Source: Deltaproteobacteria bacterium
GTDB lineage: Bacteria; SAR324; NAC60-12
DNA: 57,408 nt
Assembly: GCA_038150265.1 (NCBI GenBank)
Contig: JAYOTF010000022.1
Coordinates: 1-57,408 of the forward strand
Direction: 5' to 3'
The position numbers and the translations under genes are program-made. The notes beneath the pieces are model-generated. The model made no database searches. It was not told the DNA's origin and saw only the letters and a list, made by a program, of their open reading frames with translations. Shown here one piece after another: positions 47,936 to 57,369 of the stretch. Within the stretch, counting starts at the first letter, position 1. The number at the start of each line of letters is the position of its first letter.

Positions 47936-49063
47936 TCAGCTGTAAGGGTCGGCGGCATCCCGGAGGCCGTCTCCGAGGATGTTGAGCGCGAGGACCGTGA
48001 TGATGACGGCCAGTCCCGGAAGCAGCAGCCACGGGGCCAGGGCGATCGACTGCAGGTTTTGGGCTTCCTGAAGCAACACCCCCCAGCTGATTGCGGGAGG
48101 GCGCAGGCCGAGTCCGAGGAAGCTGAGGAAGGTTTCATTGATGATCATCACGGGAATGGCCAGGGTGCTGGTGGCAATGATGTGACTGGTGAAGGTCGGG
48201 AGCATGTGCCGGAAGATGATGCGCATCTGGCTGCACCCCGCAAGGTGCGCCGCCATGACGAAGTCCTCTTCGCGCATGGAAAGAAACCGGCCCCGGACTT
48301 CCCGTCCGAGCGTGGTCCAGCCCAGCAGTGAGAGGATGATGGTGATGGCAAAGTAGGTTTGCTCCACCGTCCAGTCCCGTGGGAGGGCCGCGGTCAGGGC
48401 CATCCAGATGGGAATGGGGGGCAGCGACTGCAGGATCTCGATCAGCCGCTGAATGATCAGGTCAATCCAGCCTCCGTAGTATCCGGAAATGCCCCCCAGG
48501 AGGATGCCGAGCACAATGCTGATGAACACCGCAACAAGGCCAATCGACAGCGACACCCGGGTGCCATGCATCAGGCGAGACCACTGGTCGCGTCCCAGCC
48601 GGTCGGTGCCGAGGAGGTGAAAGCTCTTCCGGGAGTTCGGGGACTCCAGTCCAATCAGGTGCCGGTTGGTGGTGAAGAGCCCCAAGACTTCATACTCGTA
48701 CCCTTCCGCAAAGAACCGGAGCGGCAGGATCTTCGCCTCATCGGCCACCCATTCCATCTTCAAGGTGGTGCGGTTGCGCTTGCCCTTCAACTCCTGGGCG
48801 TGGAGCTGAAAGGAGCCCTCGTGGAAGAAGTGAACGCCCTGCACCGGCATGAACGACTTCCGGGCGCTGGTCTTGTTGGGATCCTGCAGGCTGAAGAAGT
48901 CCGGAACCAGGGCGACCAGCGCAATCACGATCAGGATCCAGCCACTGATGAGCGCCAGCTTGTGCTTCTTGAAGCGCCACCAGACGAGCTTCCAGTTCGG
49001 AGCAAGGTCAATGGCTTCTTCTGCCTGAAGGGGCTCTTCCGGAGGGGACGAGGACACGGTCAT
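47936..49063 (-). CDS. ABC transporter permease (OppC-like)
   Basis: LGTDRLGRD, EAA-like loop, FLSFLGLG, LGDGLRDAADP. Confidence 0.95.
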   Translation of the reverse strand: MTVSSSPPEEPLQAEEAIDLAPNWKLVWWRFKKHKLALISGWILIVIALVALVPDFFSLQDPNKTSARKSFMPVQGVHFFHEGSFQLHAQELKGKRNRTTLKMEWVADEAKILPLRFFAEGYEYEVLGLFTTNRHLIGLESPNSRKSFHLLGTDRLGRDQWSRLMHGTRVSLSIGLVAVFISIVLGILLGGISGYYGGWIDLIIQRLIEILQSLPPIPIWMALTAALPRDWTVEQTYFAITIILSLLGWTTLGREVRGRFLSMREEDFVMAAHLAGCSQMRIIFRHMLPTFTSHIIATSTLAIPVMIINETFLSFLGLGLRPPAISWGVLLQEAQNLQSIALAPWLLLPGLAVIITVLALNILGDGLRDAADPYS

Positions 49064-49085
49064 GAAACAAGCGCAGTCAAGAAGT

Positions 49086-50573
49086 TCACAGGGGCATCCC
49101 GGCCTGGTGCCAGCCGTCAACGCCGGGTTGCGTTCGGCTCCAGGTGTCGGTGGGATACGGACGGGACCAGTGGCGCTGGTGGCCTGGGTGGTCCGGAGTG
49201 AGGGTCATGTACGGGTAGGACTTTTCCTGATGCCCTTCGGCAAGGCCCTGCATCAGGTGCCGGAAGAGCGCGGCTTCGAGGTCCTGCTGAGGGTCCCGGA
49301 GCGCAGGGTCGCCATAGCGGTTGTGCTGCTCGTGCGGGTCGGTGTTCAGGTCATGCAGCGTCACCAGGCCATTCTTGTAGCGGGAAAGCTTCCACTGCTC
49401 CTGAAGGAGCATCAGGCCGACCCCCGTGGCGCCCAGCAGGTGCGTCCGGGAAGCGGCATCCGCGTTGTGGGGCAAGGGAACCGAGTCCTGAGCGCTTCCG
49501 GAAGCGCCGGCAAGCTCCAGAAAGGTGGCAAAGAGGTCGGTCAGCGAAACCAGGGCCGGCGAGCGTCCGGGCGTGTAGGCCGAGCCGCAGATCAGGAGCG
49601 GAATGCGCAGGGACGGCTCATAAAAGAGAGCCTTGCCCACCAGGTCGAAGTCGCCCAGAAAGTCGCCGTGGTCAGAGGCAAAGACGATGACGGTCTCCCG
49701 ATCATCCGGAAGAGACGCGACGGCGTCGAGGAGGCGTCCGATCTGCTGGTCGATGATCTCAATCAGCCCAACGTAGTGCCGGCGGATGCGGGCCTTGGCG
49801 GCTTCCGGGAACTCGCGAAAGTCAGCCTGTGCCGAGCCGGTGAGGTGCGATTGAACGAATCCGGGCCGGAACCGCGCGACGTCTTCGGTGAGAGGAAGCG
49901 CGCCGGGAACGTCGCGATCCTGAATGGTGTCCACCACTTCCTGAGGCGGGTTGTAGGGGTCATGCGGTCCGGCAAACGCCACCCAGAGGAAGAAGGGCTG
50001 CTCGGGCGGTTGCTGCAGGAACTCCACGGCTCGGTCGCCAATCCAGACATCGACTTGATGCTCAAGTGGAATCGGGCTGATGGAGGCCATGCGTCCTTCC
50101 TGGTACTCCGGTTCCTCCGGACCTGCGAGCTTGCGCAGGCCATGAGAGGCGAGGTAGGCGGCATAATCATCCTGAATGTGCAGGTGCCGCTTGTCTTCAG
50201 CGATCCAGCGGTGCGTGAAGCCTTCAGAACGGTCCCACGGAATGAAGTGCATCTTGCCGATGGCTTCGGTGTGGTAGCCCTGCTGCTGCAGCCGTGTGGC
50301 AAAGGTGGGCATTCCGCATGAGTCGTGGTCGGGACGGAGCCAGTAGTTGTTGGTGAGGACCCCGGTGGAGAGGGCGTTGTGTCCCGTCAGCAAGGACGCC
50401 CGAGCCGGGATGCAGATCGGTGAAGGCGACACGGCGCGCTCAAAGACCAGGCTTTGCTCCGCCAGGCGGTCGAGGTGAGGCGTCTGGACAAAGGAGGCTC
50501 CGGTGTAGCCCAGGAAGTCGGGGCGCAGCTGATCGGGCATCACAAAGATGATGTTCGGAGGCAGCGCTGTCAT
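49086..50573 (-). CDS. Cys-type formylglycine-dependent sulfatase
   Basis: PNIIF..DQ, CIPARASLLTG, GKMH, PHDP, SDHG. Confidence 0.93.
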   Translation of the reverse strand: MTALPPNIIFVMPDQLRPDFLGYTGASFVQTPHLDRLAEQSLVFERAVSPSPICIPARASLLTGHNALSTGVLTNNYWLRPDHDSCGMPTFATRLQQQGYHTEAIGKMHFIPWDRSEGFTHRWIAEDKRHLHIQDDYAAYLASHGLRKLAGPEEPEYQEGRMASISPIPLEHQVDVWIGDRAVEFLQQPPEQPFFLWVAFAGPHDPYNPPQEVVDTIQDRDVPGALPLTEDVARFRPGFVQSHLTGSAQADFREFPEAAKARIRRHYVGLIEIIDQQIGRLLDAVASLPDDRETVIVFASDHGDFLGDFDLVGKALFYEPSLRIPLLICGSAYTPGRSPALVSLTDLFATFLELAGASGSAQDSVPLPHNADAASRTHLLGATGVGLMLLQEQWKLSRYKNGLVTLHDLNTDPHEQHNRYGDPALRDPQQDLEAALFRHLMQGLAEGHQEKSYPYMTLTPDHPGHQRHWSRPYPTDTWSRTQPGVDGWHQAGMPL

Positions 50574-51559
50574 TCGTCCTCCAGCCGAATCCGGGGGTCA
50601 AGCCAGGCAAGGAGGATGTCGGAGATCAGGGTGCCAATCACGGCGAGCATCATGTAAAAGAGGATGATGGTACCGGCCAGGAACATGTCCTGGCTGATGA
50701 GGGCCCGGAGCAGCATGGGGCCAATGGTGGGCAGGTTCATCACCGTGGCCACAATGACACTCCCGGAAAAGATCAGCGGCAGGTACCAGCCGATGGTGCT
50801 GACCAACGGGTTCAGCGCCAGCCGGACGGGGTACTTGAGGACCAGCCGCCACTCGGACATGCCCTTGGCCCGGGCCATCTCCATGTAGGGCTTCTTCAGC
50901 TCGTCCAGCAGGTTGGCCCGCATGACCCGAGCCAGCCGGGCGGTGCCGTCGAGTCCGAGAATGACCACCGGGAGCCAGAGGTGCTTCAGGAGGTCGATGA
51001 CGCGTTCGGTGCTCCAGGGGGCATCGACGTATTCAGCCGAGAAGAGTCCGGTGACACTGACGCCATAATACTTGAAGGCGACCCACATCAGCACCAGCGC
51101 CGTCATGAAGGTTGGGGTGGCAACACCGATGTAGTTGAAAACCGTAAAGAAGTAGTCGAGTAGGGAGTACTTGCGGGTGGCAGAGAGGATGCCGATGGGG
51201 ATGGCAATGGCCCAGGTAAACAGGAAGGTCCCCAATCCCAACGCAAGGGTCAGGCCCATGCGCTCGCCAATGAGTTCGCTGATCGGACGTTGCCAGTCGA
51301 GTGAGACCCCGAGGTCTCCGGTGAGCATGCGTCCCATCCAGTTGAAGTACTGCATGTACATGGGCTGGTCCAGCCCGTATAGCGTCCGGAGCGCGTCAAT
51401 CTGGGCACGTTCCATGGACGATCCGGAAGCCGCCAGCTCGGCAATGTAGCTGGTGAGGAAGTCTCCGGGAGGCGCCTGAATGAGGGCAAACGCGATGATG
51501 GAAAAGATGAGCAGCAGAAACGGCAGCAGCAGCAGCCGCTTGATGATGTAGTACAGCAT
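50570..51559 (-). CDS. ABC transporter permease (OppB-like)
   Basis: YGLDQP, RVMRANLLDEL..Y..ARAKG. Confidence 0.95.
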   Translation of the reverse strand: MLYYIIKRLLLLPFLLLIFSIIAFALIQAPPGDFLTSYIAELAASGSSMERAQIDALRTLYGLDQPMYMQYFNWMGRMLTGDLGVSLDWQRPISELIGERMGLTLALGLGTFLFTWAIAIPIGILSATRKYSLLDYFFTVFNYIGVATPTFMTALVLMWVAFKYYGVSVTGLFSAEYVDAPWSTERVIDLLKHLWLPVVILGLDGTARLARVMRANLLDELKKPYMEMARAKGMSEWRLVLKYPVRLALNPLVSTIGWYLPLIFSGSVIVATVMNLPTIGPMLLRALISQDMFLAGTIILFYMMLAVIGTLISDILLAWLDPRIRLEDE

Positions 51560-51577
51560 TCCGGGAGGTGCCCGCTG

Positions 51578-51606
51578 AAGAAAACCGGAGCCCCGGGAGG
51601 CTCCGG
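51578..51606 (-). terminator. intra-operon stem-loop after the substrate-binding gene
   Basis: CCGGAGCC/GGCTCCGG stem followed by TTTTCTT on the minus strand. Confidence 0.55.
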
Positions 51607-51635
51607 AAGAGAAGGCCCCTTCTGCTCGGGAAGAG

Positions 51636-51663
51636 GCCTGATGAACCTTGCCTGATGAACCTT
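51636..51663. repeat. perfect 14-bp tandem duplication GCCTGATGAACCTT x2
   Basis: Read directly at 51636-51649 and 51650-51663. Confidence 0.9.
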
Positions 51664-53575
51664 ACCGGGCGAAGTAGTACTGCTCCAGCCGCGTGTCCCC
51701 CGGGGTCCGGAGCGGCCAGTCGTTGCCGGCAACTTCCGGGACGTTCCGGAGGTTGTCGTTGGCCACCAGCACCCCCTGGATCATCGGCGTCATGCCGACG
51801 GTTCCAATCTCCCAGACGTTGTCCGCCCAGATGCGGAACAGCTCCTGAGCCAGGGCCACCTGTCGGTTCCGCCCCGAGGTCTTGGCCTCGTCGATGATGT
51901 CCACAAGACGCTTGATCTCGGCTGGCGGAGCCTGGCCTTCCTTGCCTCCGGAGGCATACCACTTGGCCACCAGCGGAGCAAAGGTGAGGGCGGGATCGCT
52001 ACGCGGGTCAAATTTGGGCTGTCCGCTGAAGGGGAAGCCCGTGGTGTCCTCGTTCCAGATCTCGGCCATCAGCTCGTTGGCGGGACGCATGGCGAAGTGC
52101 TGAGCCCGCTCCCGGACTTCAACGTGGGCCTTGATGCCCACTTCCGCCCAGTTTTCCACAATCAGCTGAGCAATGTCGGTCCAGGCCCCAAACTGCGGGA
52201 CCACGCTGATCTCAATGTCCAGCGTCTTCCCGTTGGGCATCACCCGGAAGCCGTCGGCGTCCTTCTTCGGAAGCACCCCATCGAGCAACTCGTTGGCCCG
52301 GTCGAAGTCCAGCTCGGTGTAGCGGAAGGCGTACTCATCCCCCGGATAGTAGGGGTGGAACGGCGCCGGAACGCCCTGACGGGACTCGCCCAACCCGAAG
52401 AACGCCAACTCCTTGATCGCCTCACGGTCGATGGAATGAGAGAGGGCGATGCGGAATTGCTTGTTGCGGAAGAGCTCCCCCTCCGGACCCTGCCAGGTCT
52501 GGTTGAACATCACCACGGCGTCGGAGCCACCAAAGGTCGGCCAGGTCACCACGCGGTAGTTGGCGTTTCCTTCATTCTCCTTGAGCACCGGGTAGCTGCT
52601 CATGTTGATGTGCCGGCCCTGGAAGTCGATTTCCCCAGCAACGGCTGCCAGGTTGAGGGCTTCCTTGTCCGCATAGAAGGTGAAGCGGATCTCATTGATG
52701 TACGGCAGCTGGTTGCCTTCCGGGTCCACGCCGACGAAGTAGGGGTTGCGCTTGATGGTGAAGACCTTGTCCGAGACGGTGGTGCCATCGGGAACCCAAG
52801 CGGCCATCCCCGGACGCTTGCCACTGAGGTGCGGGAGGGCTTCCACGGCAAACAGCTGGGTCCAGGTGTCAAAGCCGGCGGCCTTGACCTTCTGGTCGAG
52901 GTCTGCCTTTGAGGCATAGCTCGGGTGGAACTGCTTGAGGTAGTGGGCCGGGACAAAGACCAGGTTGCTGATCGACTTGTCTGCGCCGTCCAGGTTGGCC
53001 ATGTTCAGCAGGAACGCGGTGTTCGGCTGCTTGAAGGTCCACTTGACGAGGTAGTCGGTGAGCCTTTCAACCGTGGCGAGGGAGCCGTCGTCGTTCTTCA
53101 TCCACCCCACGCCTCCGGGCATCAGCTCGTCATTGAGCAGAATGTCGTTGTACCAGAAGAGGATGTCGTTGGCGGTGAAGGGTTGGCCGTCGGACCACTT
53201 GGCTCCCGGACGGAGGCGGATGATCCACTCGGTGAAGTCGTCATTCGACTCCCATCCGGCAGCAATGTGGGGGACGATCTGGCTGCCATCCGGAGCATAG
53301 CGGACGAGCGCGTCATAGACGGCCCGGGTGTAGTTGTTGTGGTCTCCAGGCCCCAGGAAGGCGCGGCGGAGGGTGCCTCCGTATTCCCCCACTTCATCGA
53401 CAACAGGAAGCATCAGGGGAATTTCCGGAAGGCGCTCATTCAGCGGAGGCAGCGTGCCGGCCTTGACCTGTGCGGCCAGTTCCGGGGCCTCCCCAGCGGA
53501 GGCACTGCCGGCCCCCAGAATGGCTGCAAGGCCGAGGGCCCCCAGCGATTTCAGGATCGGAGAAGTCAGTTTCAT
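51662..53575 (-). CDS. family 5 ABC substrate-binding protein (probably carbohydrate-binding subgroup)
   Basis: Signal peptide; EAPEL...LPPL.ERLP, GEYGG, KWSDGQPFTA, RNPY..VDPEGNQLPYI. Confidence 0.93.
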   Translation of the reverse strand: MKLTSPILKSLGALGLAAILGAGSASAGEAPELAAQVKAGTLPPLNERLPEIPLMLPVVDEVGEYGGTLRRAFLGPGDHNNYTRAVYDALVRYAPDGSQIVPHIAAGWESNDDFTEWIIRLRPGAKWSDGQPFTANDILFWYNDILLNDELMPGGVGWMKNDDGSLATVERLTDYLVKWTFKQPNTAFLLNMANLDGADKSISNLVFVPAHYLKQFHPSYASKADLDQKVKAAGFDTWTQLFAVEALPHLSGKRPGMAAWVPDGTTVSDKVFTIKRNPYFVGVDPEGNQLPYINEIRFTFYADKEALNLAAVAGEIDFQGRHINMSSYPVLKENEGNANYRVVTWPTFGGSDAVVMFNQTWQGPEGELFRNKQFRIALSHSIDREAIKELAFFGLGESRQGVPAPFHPYYPGDEYAFRYTELDFDRANELLDGVLPKKDADGFRVMPNGKTLDIEISVVPQFGAWTDIAQLIVENWAEVGIKAHVEVRERAQHFAMRPANELMAEIWNEDTTGFPFSGQPKFDPRSDPALTFAPLVAKWYASGGKEGQAPPAEIKRLVDIIDEAKTSGRNRQVALAQELFRIWADNVWEIGTVGMTPMIQGVLVANDNLRNVPEVAGNDWPLRTPGDTRLEQYYFAR

Positions 53576-53694
53576 GTATTTTCCTTGTTAGGGCTAGAAC
53601 CAGTTCCAGCGTTGTTGAAACCACGGTTGGGACACAACCGTCACCAAGGTTGGAGGCATGCTCCCAGTCAGATCATAGGCAACTCCTTGAGGAA

Positions 53695-54471
53695 TCAGAG
53701 AGACAAGAGCGACGCCGACTCCGGGTCCAGGTAGAGTCGAGCATGTGAGGTGGTCCGGAGGATGGAGCCCGGGCGGGCCTCGTCAACAGGCTCCGTGAGG
53801 CAGGCCCTGACAGCCGCGGCCTTGCGGGCCTCGGGGACGATGCAGAGGATGTGCTGAGGCGCCAGCAGCGCTGGAATGGTGAGCGTGATGGCGTGGGTGG
53901 GCACCTCGTCCAGTGAGCCAAAGTGGCCTTCTCCCACCTGCTGCCGCCGGCTGGCTTCGGCCAGGGCAACGACCTTGACCCACGTGGGGTCGTCAAACCG
54001 AGCCTCCGGAGGGTCGTTGAAGGCCAGGTGCCCATTCTCCCCAAAACCCATGGCCACCAGGTCCACCGGGTGCTGACGCAGCAGGGCTTCGTACTCCCGG
54101 CAGGACTGCTCCGCCTGCTCCGGATCGCCGGGGACCGGGTGGAAGTTTCCGGGCTGGACCTGCCGGATGATGTGCTCCTCAAGGAAGAGGGGGAAGCTGG
54201 CAGCGTGCCCTTCCGGAAGCCCGAGGTACTCGTCCATGTGGAAGACCCGGATCCGGGACCAGTCAAGCCCGTCTTGCTCGCGGAGGGCGTGCAGGAAGGT
54301 CAGCTGAGAGTTGCCGGTCGCCAAAATGACGTTGGCCTCGCCCCGTGCATTGAGGGCGGCTGCCAGAATGCGATGGGCCTCCTGAGCCGCAGCCGCACCC
54401 ATGGCCGCATTGTCCGGGTGGACCTCGACGGGCAGTTGGTCAACTTGAAAGGTTTGGGCGGGAACAGACAT
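53695..54471 (-). CDS. glucosamine-6-phosphate deaminase/isomerase-like protein
   Basis: ATGNSQ, FHMDEY, GENGHLAFNDP. Confidence 0.85.
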   Translation of the reverse strand: MSVPAQTFQVDQLPVEVHPDNAAMGAAAAQEAHRILAAALNARGEANVILATGNSQLTFLHALREQDGLDWSRIRVFHMDEYLGLPEGHAASFPLFLEEHIIRQVQPGNFHPVPGDPEQAEQSCREYEALLRQHPVDLVAMGFGENGHLAFNDPPEARFDDPTWVKVVALAEASRRQQVGEGHFGSLDEVPTHAITLTIPALLAPQHILCIVPEARKAAAVRACLTEPVDEARPGSILRTTSHARLYLDPESASLLSL

Positions 54472-54477
54472 TTCGAG

Positions 54478-55656
54478 TTACTCCGAGAGTTGATTGAGCA
54501 GGTTGATCGAGTAGATCAGGGCCCGGGGCAGGTGAAAGGGGTCCTTCACCGGGAGCGTCTTGAGGTACGGCTCCATCGGCAGCCCTTCCCGGTTCAGGTT
54601 GTGGAACCAGTCCCCCTGCGGGTTCGGGAAGTGCGAAAAGGCATACTCATGAACCGTCCAGTACCACTCCAGGGCCCAGGCTTCTCGGGTGACGCTGTAG
54701 GCGAGGAGCAGGGCCTGCAGGCTTTCGGTGTGGGGCCACCAGATCTTGGCGTCTGGCTGGTGCCAGGCGGGTGGACCTCCGGTGCGGTGGCACGCGAGGA
54801 AGAGGCCGCCGAATTCCGAATCCCAGCCCTTTTCAAGGTGCCAACGGATGGCTTCCAGGGCCTGCCGCTGGCGTTCGTGGTGGCCGTGGTACCGGTAGAT
54901 CCGCTCCATGAACCACATGCTCTCAACGACGTGTCCGGGAATGAAGGTCTGACCCACGTCACTGGCGTCTTTGGCGCCTCCGGGACGGACAAACTCGAAG
55001 AGCAGCTGCTCTGACGCATCAAGGTGCTGGGTCATGACCCGCTCTGCCAGCTCCAGCGCCCGCGCCAGGACTTCCTCGTTTCCGGACGTGACGCCGAGGT
55101 CGTGGAAGACGAGGGCAAACATCATGAGCGGCCCATGAGACTGAAATCCCTCCGGAATGGGGTGGGGCTGCGTCTGGAAGGAGCGGTGGTCATCCAGCTT
55201 CGGGCTGGCCTTCCGGAACGCGTCCAGCGCCAGTTGCAGGGCCTCCGGATCTCCGGTGGCCCTGGCGTATTCGGCGAGGCCGTAAATGCAGAACCCGTCC
55301 ACGTAAAGGCTCTGGGGGGCCATGGCCGGGGTGCCATCGGCCTGGATGCTGAAGTACCACTCGCCCTGCTCAGTGCGTCCGAACTGCTGGAGCATCCGGG
55401 CGATCGGGGTGGCCAGTTCCAGCCACTTGGGGTCGCCATCGTGTTCGTTGTAGAGCGTGCTGAAGACCCACAGCGCCCGGCCTTGAGACCAGAGGAACTT
55501 GTCGGTGGAGACAACGGTGCCATCGTCGCGGACGCAGTTGTTCACGCCTCCGTGCTCGGGGTCGATGCACCGGAGCCAAAAGGGCAGAACCTGCTGGTGC
55601 AGGTGGTGCTGATAGAAGTCCCGCAGCTCCGGGAACGTCATCGGCCAGGAGCTCAT
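54478..55656 (-). CDS. AGE-family epimerase (N-acylglucosamine 2-epimerase-like)
   Basis: KFLWSQGR, PGHVVE, GWD..FGG, KIWWPHTE, KDPFHLPR; ATGA overlap with the upstream gene. Confidence 0.9.
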   Translation of the reverse strand: MSSWPMTFPELRDFYQHHLHQQVLPFWLRCIDPEHGGVNNCVRDDGTVVSTDKFLWSQGRALWVFSTLYNEHDGDPKWLELATPIARMLQQFGRTEQGEWYFSIQADGTPAMAPQSLYVDGFCIYGLAEYARATGDPEALQLALDAFRKASPKLDDHRSFQTQPHPIPEGFQSHGPLMMFALVFHDLGVTSGNEEVLARALELAERVMTQHLDASEQLLFEFVRPGGAKDASDVGQTFIPGHVVESMWFMERIYRYHGHHERQRQALEAIRWHLEKGWDSEFGGLFLACHRTGGPPAWHQPDAKIWWPHTESLQALLLAYSVTREAWALEWYWTVHEYAFSHFPNPQGDWFHNLNREGLPMEPYLKTLPVKDPFHLPRALIYSINLLNQLSE

Positions 55657-56540
55657 GGCGCTTCCGAGGCGAGAGACGGCAACGTGGGAGGAATGCTCCG
55701 GTCTTCGTGTTGGCCCATCCAACCGACGTCTCCGCTTTCCTGGAACCTCCGGCTGCCCACGGTGAGGATGGCGTCGTCGGAAACCGGATGCAGCGGCGTG
55801 TAGCGTGGGTGTCGCGATTCCTTGTAGGGATTGTTGCGAGCCGCGTTGTAGCAGCAGATCATTGCCCAACGCGGGTGCTCCGAACGGTTCTGATCGGAGC
55901 GGTGCAGGAGGTTGCAGTGGAAGAAGAGCGTGTCGCCCGGATTCAGTTCAACGTGGACGCGTTCAAACTGCTCCAGGGCCACTTCCACCCGCTCCAGGTC
56001 GGCCCCCGCCTGTTCGCCGGTCAGGCCGTGGTCGAGGCGTCCGAGGTGATGGGTGCCCCGCAGCACCTGCAGGCAGCCGTTGGCCTGAGTGGAAGGATCC
56101 ACGGCAATCATGGCGCTGGCCATCAGGGGCTGCAGGCAGCCGTAGTGGTACCAGTAGCCGTAGTCCTGATGCCACTCCCACGCCCCGCCCACCCGGGGGT
56201 CCTTGAGGATCATCTTCGAGTGGTAGTGGTAGACCTCGCCCTCCAGCAGCTCCGTCATGCGGGCGACCAGGCGCGTACTCCGGGCAAACATGCCATAAAT
56301 GCCGTCCCCCGGGTGGTTCCAGAGCGAGAGCCGCACCGTTCCTCCTTCAGCATCCTGACGTCCCTGGCTGTGTTCGTCCAACTCCCGATCCGTCCGGGCG
56401 GTTTGTCCCAGCAGGGTGATCTCCTCCGGAGTGAAGAGCCCCCGCGCAATGAGGAAACCATCGCGCTGAAAGGCCTCTCGTTCCGCAGGCGTCCAAAGAG
56501 ACGGCTGAGGGGAAGGGGACAGGCTCGGGGCAGGCGTCAT
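55653..56540 (-). CDS. phytanoyl-CoA dioxygenase (PhyH) family Fe(II)/2-oxoglutarate dioxygenase
   Basis: FQRDGF, WHQD, NGCL, GDTLFFH..LLHRS..N.S..R. Start could be 56570. Confidence 0.9.
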   Translation of the reverse strand: MTPAPSLSPSPQPSLWTPAEREAFQRDGFLIARGLFTPEEITLLGQTARTDRELDEHSQGRQDAEGGTVRLSLWNHPGDGIYGMFARSTRLVARMTELLEGEVYHYHSKMILKDPRVGGAWEWHQDYGYWYHYGCLQPLMASAMIAVDPSTQANGCLQVLRGTHHLGRLDHGLTGEQAGADLERVEVALEQFERVHVELNPGDTLFFHCNLLHRSDQNRSEHPRWAMICCYNAARNNPYKESRHPRYTPLHPVSDDAILTVGSRRFQESGDVGWMGQHEDRSIPPTLPSLASEAP

Positions 56541-56559
56541 GGCGAACTCCGTGAGGGGG

Positions 56560-57255
56560 TTAACTGACAAAGTACTCCTGGTACTCCTTGCGGACGCGCT
56601 CCAGGTCCGTAAAGACCGTGTTCAGGTGAGAACGCATGGCGGCAACCGCCTTGGACTCATTGCGCTCCCCGATTGCCTGCAGGACATCGCTGTGCTCCCG
56701 GACAATCTCCACGCGACGTTCCCGGTAGGGAACCGACAACCGCCGGACCCGGTCCATGTGTGACTTGGCGCTGTTGGTGATCTTCCACAGACGGGTCTTG
56801 TAGCGAAGCTCCGCAATGGAGCGGTGAAACTGCTCATCCAGCTCAAACAGCTCCTCAAAGTCTCCCAGTTCAATGGCCTGCTCGTAGTCCTCGACCAACC
56901 GCTCCGTTCGCTGCAGCCAGTCCGGAGGAGCCGTCTGAGCGGCATAGCGGACCGTGGCCACTTCCATGGCCTCCCGGATGAACTGACTCTCGTGCACGGC
57001 TTCAACGCTGATGCGCGAAACATAAGTGCCCGCCTGCGGGAAGATCTCCACCAGGCCCTCGTCTGCCAAGCGAAGCAGCGCCTCCCGGATCGGCGTCCGG
57101 GAGACCTCCATCTGCTCGCTCAACTCGCGCTCCTTCAGGATCTGCCCTGGCTTCAGCCTGACTGAAACAATGGCCTGGTGCAGCAAGGCGTTGATCTGCG
57201 GGGCAATCGAGGCTCGGCGATCAATCTTAAATTCAAAGGCTTGGAATTCCGTCAC
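56560..57255 (-). CDS. GntR family transcriptional regulator with FCD domain
   Basis: LKPG..L.E..L...VSRTPIREAL; D..FH; EH..V. Confidence 0.93.
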   Translation of the reverse strand: MTEFQAFEFKIDRRASIAPQINALLHQAIVSVRLKPGQILKERELSEQMEVSRTPIREALLRLADEGLVEIFPQAGTYVSRISVEAVHESQFIREAMEVATVRYAAQTAPPDWLQRTERLVEDYEQAIELGDFEELFELDEQFHRSIAELRYKTRLWKITNSAKSHMDRVRRLSVPYRERRVEIVREHSDVLQAIGERNESKAVAAMRSHLNTVFTDLERVRKEYQEYFVS

Positions 57256-57339
57256 TCAACCAACTTCTTTGACCTGCTCCAAGAGTCCCGCGCCAACGCC
57301 CGGGGGCTGACCTCCGGCTTCGGAGGCTGAAAATGAATT

Positions 57340-57369
57340 TTAATATATTAACATAATTCCAAGTGTCAA
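57340..57369 (-). promoter_or_regulatory. sigma-70 promoter with overlapping palindromic operator
   Basis: Minus strand TTGACA (57369-57364), 16 bp, TATATT (57347-57342). Perfect palindrome TTAATATATTAA at 57340-57351. Confidence 0.65.

Noticed and set aside
51636..51675. Hammerhead ribozyme or mini-CRISPR from repeated CTGATGA
   Set aside because: No GAAA core with flanking stems; the repeats are adjacent with no spacer, and there are no cas genes.
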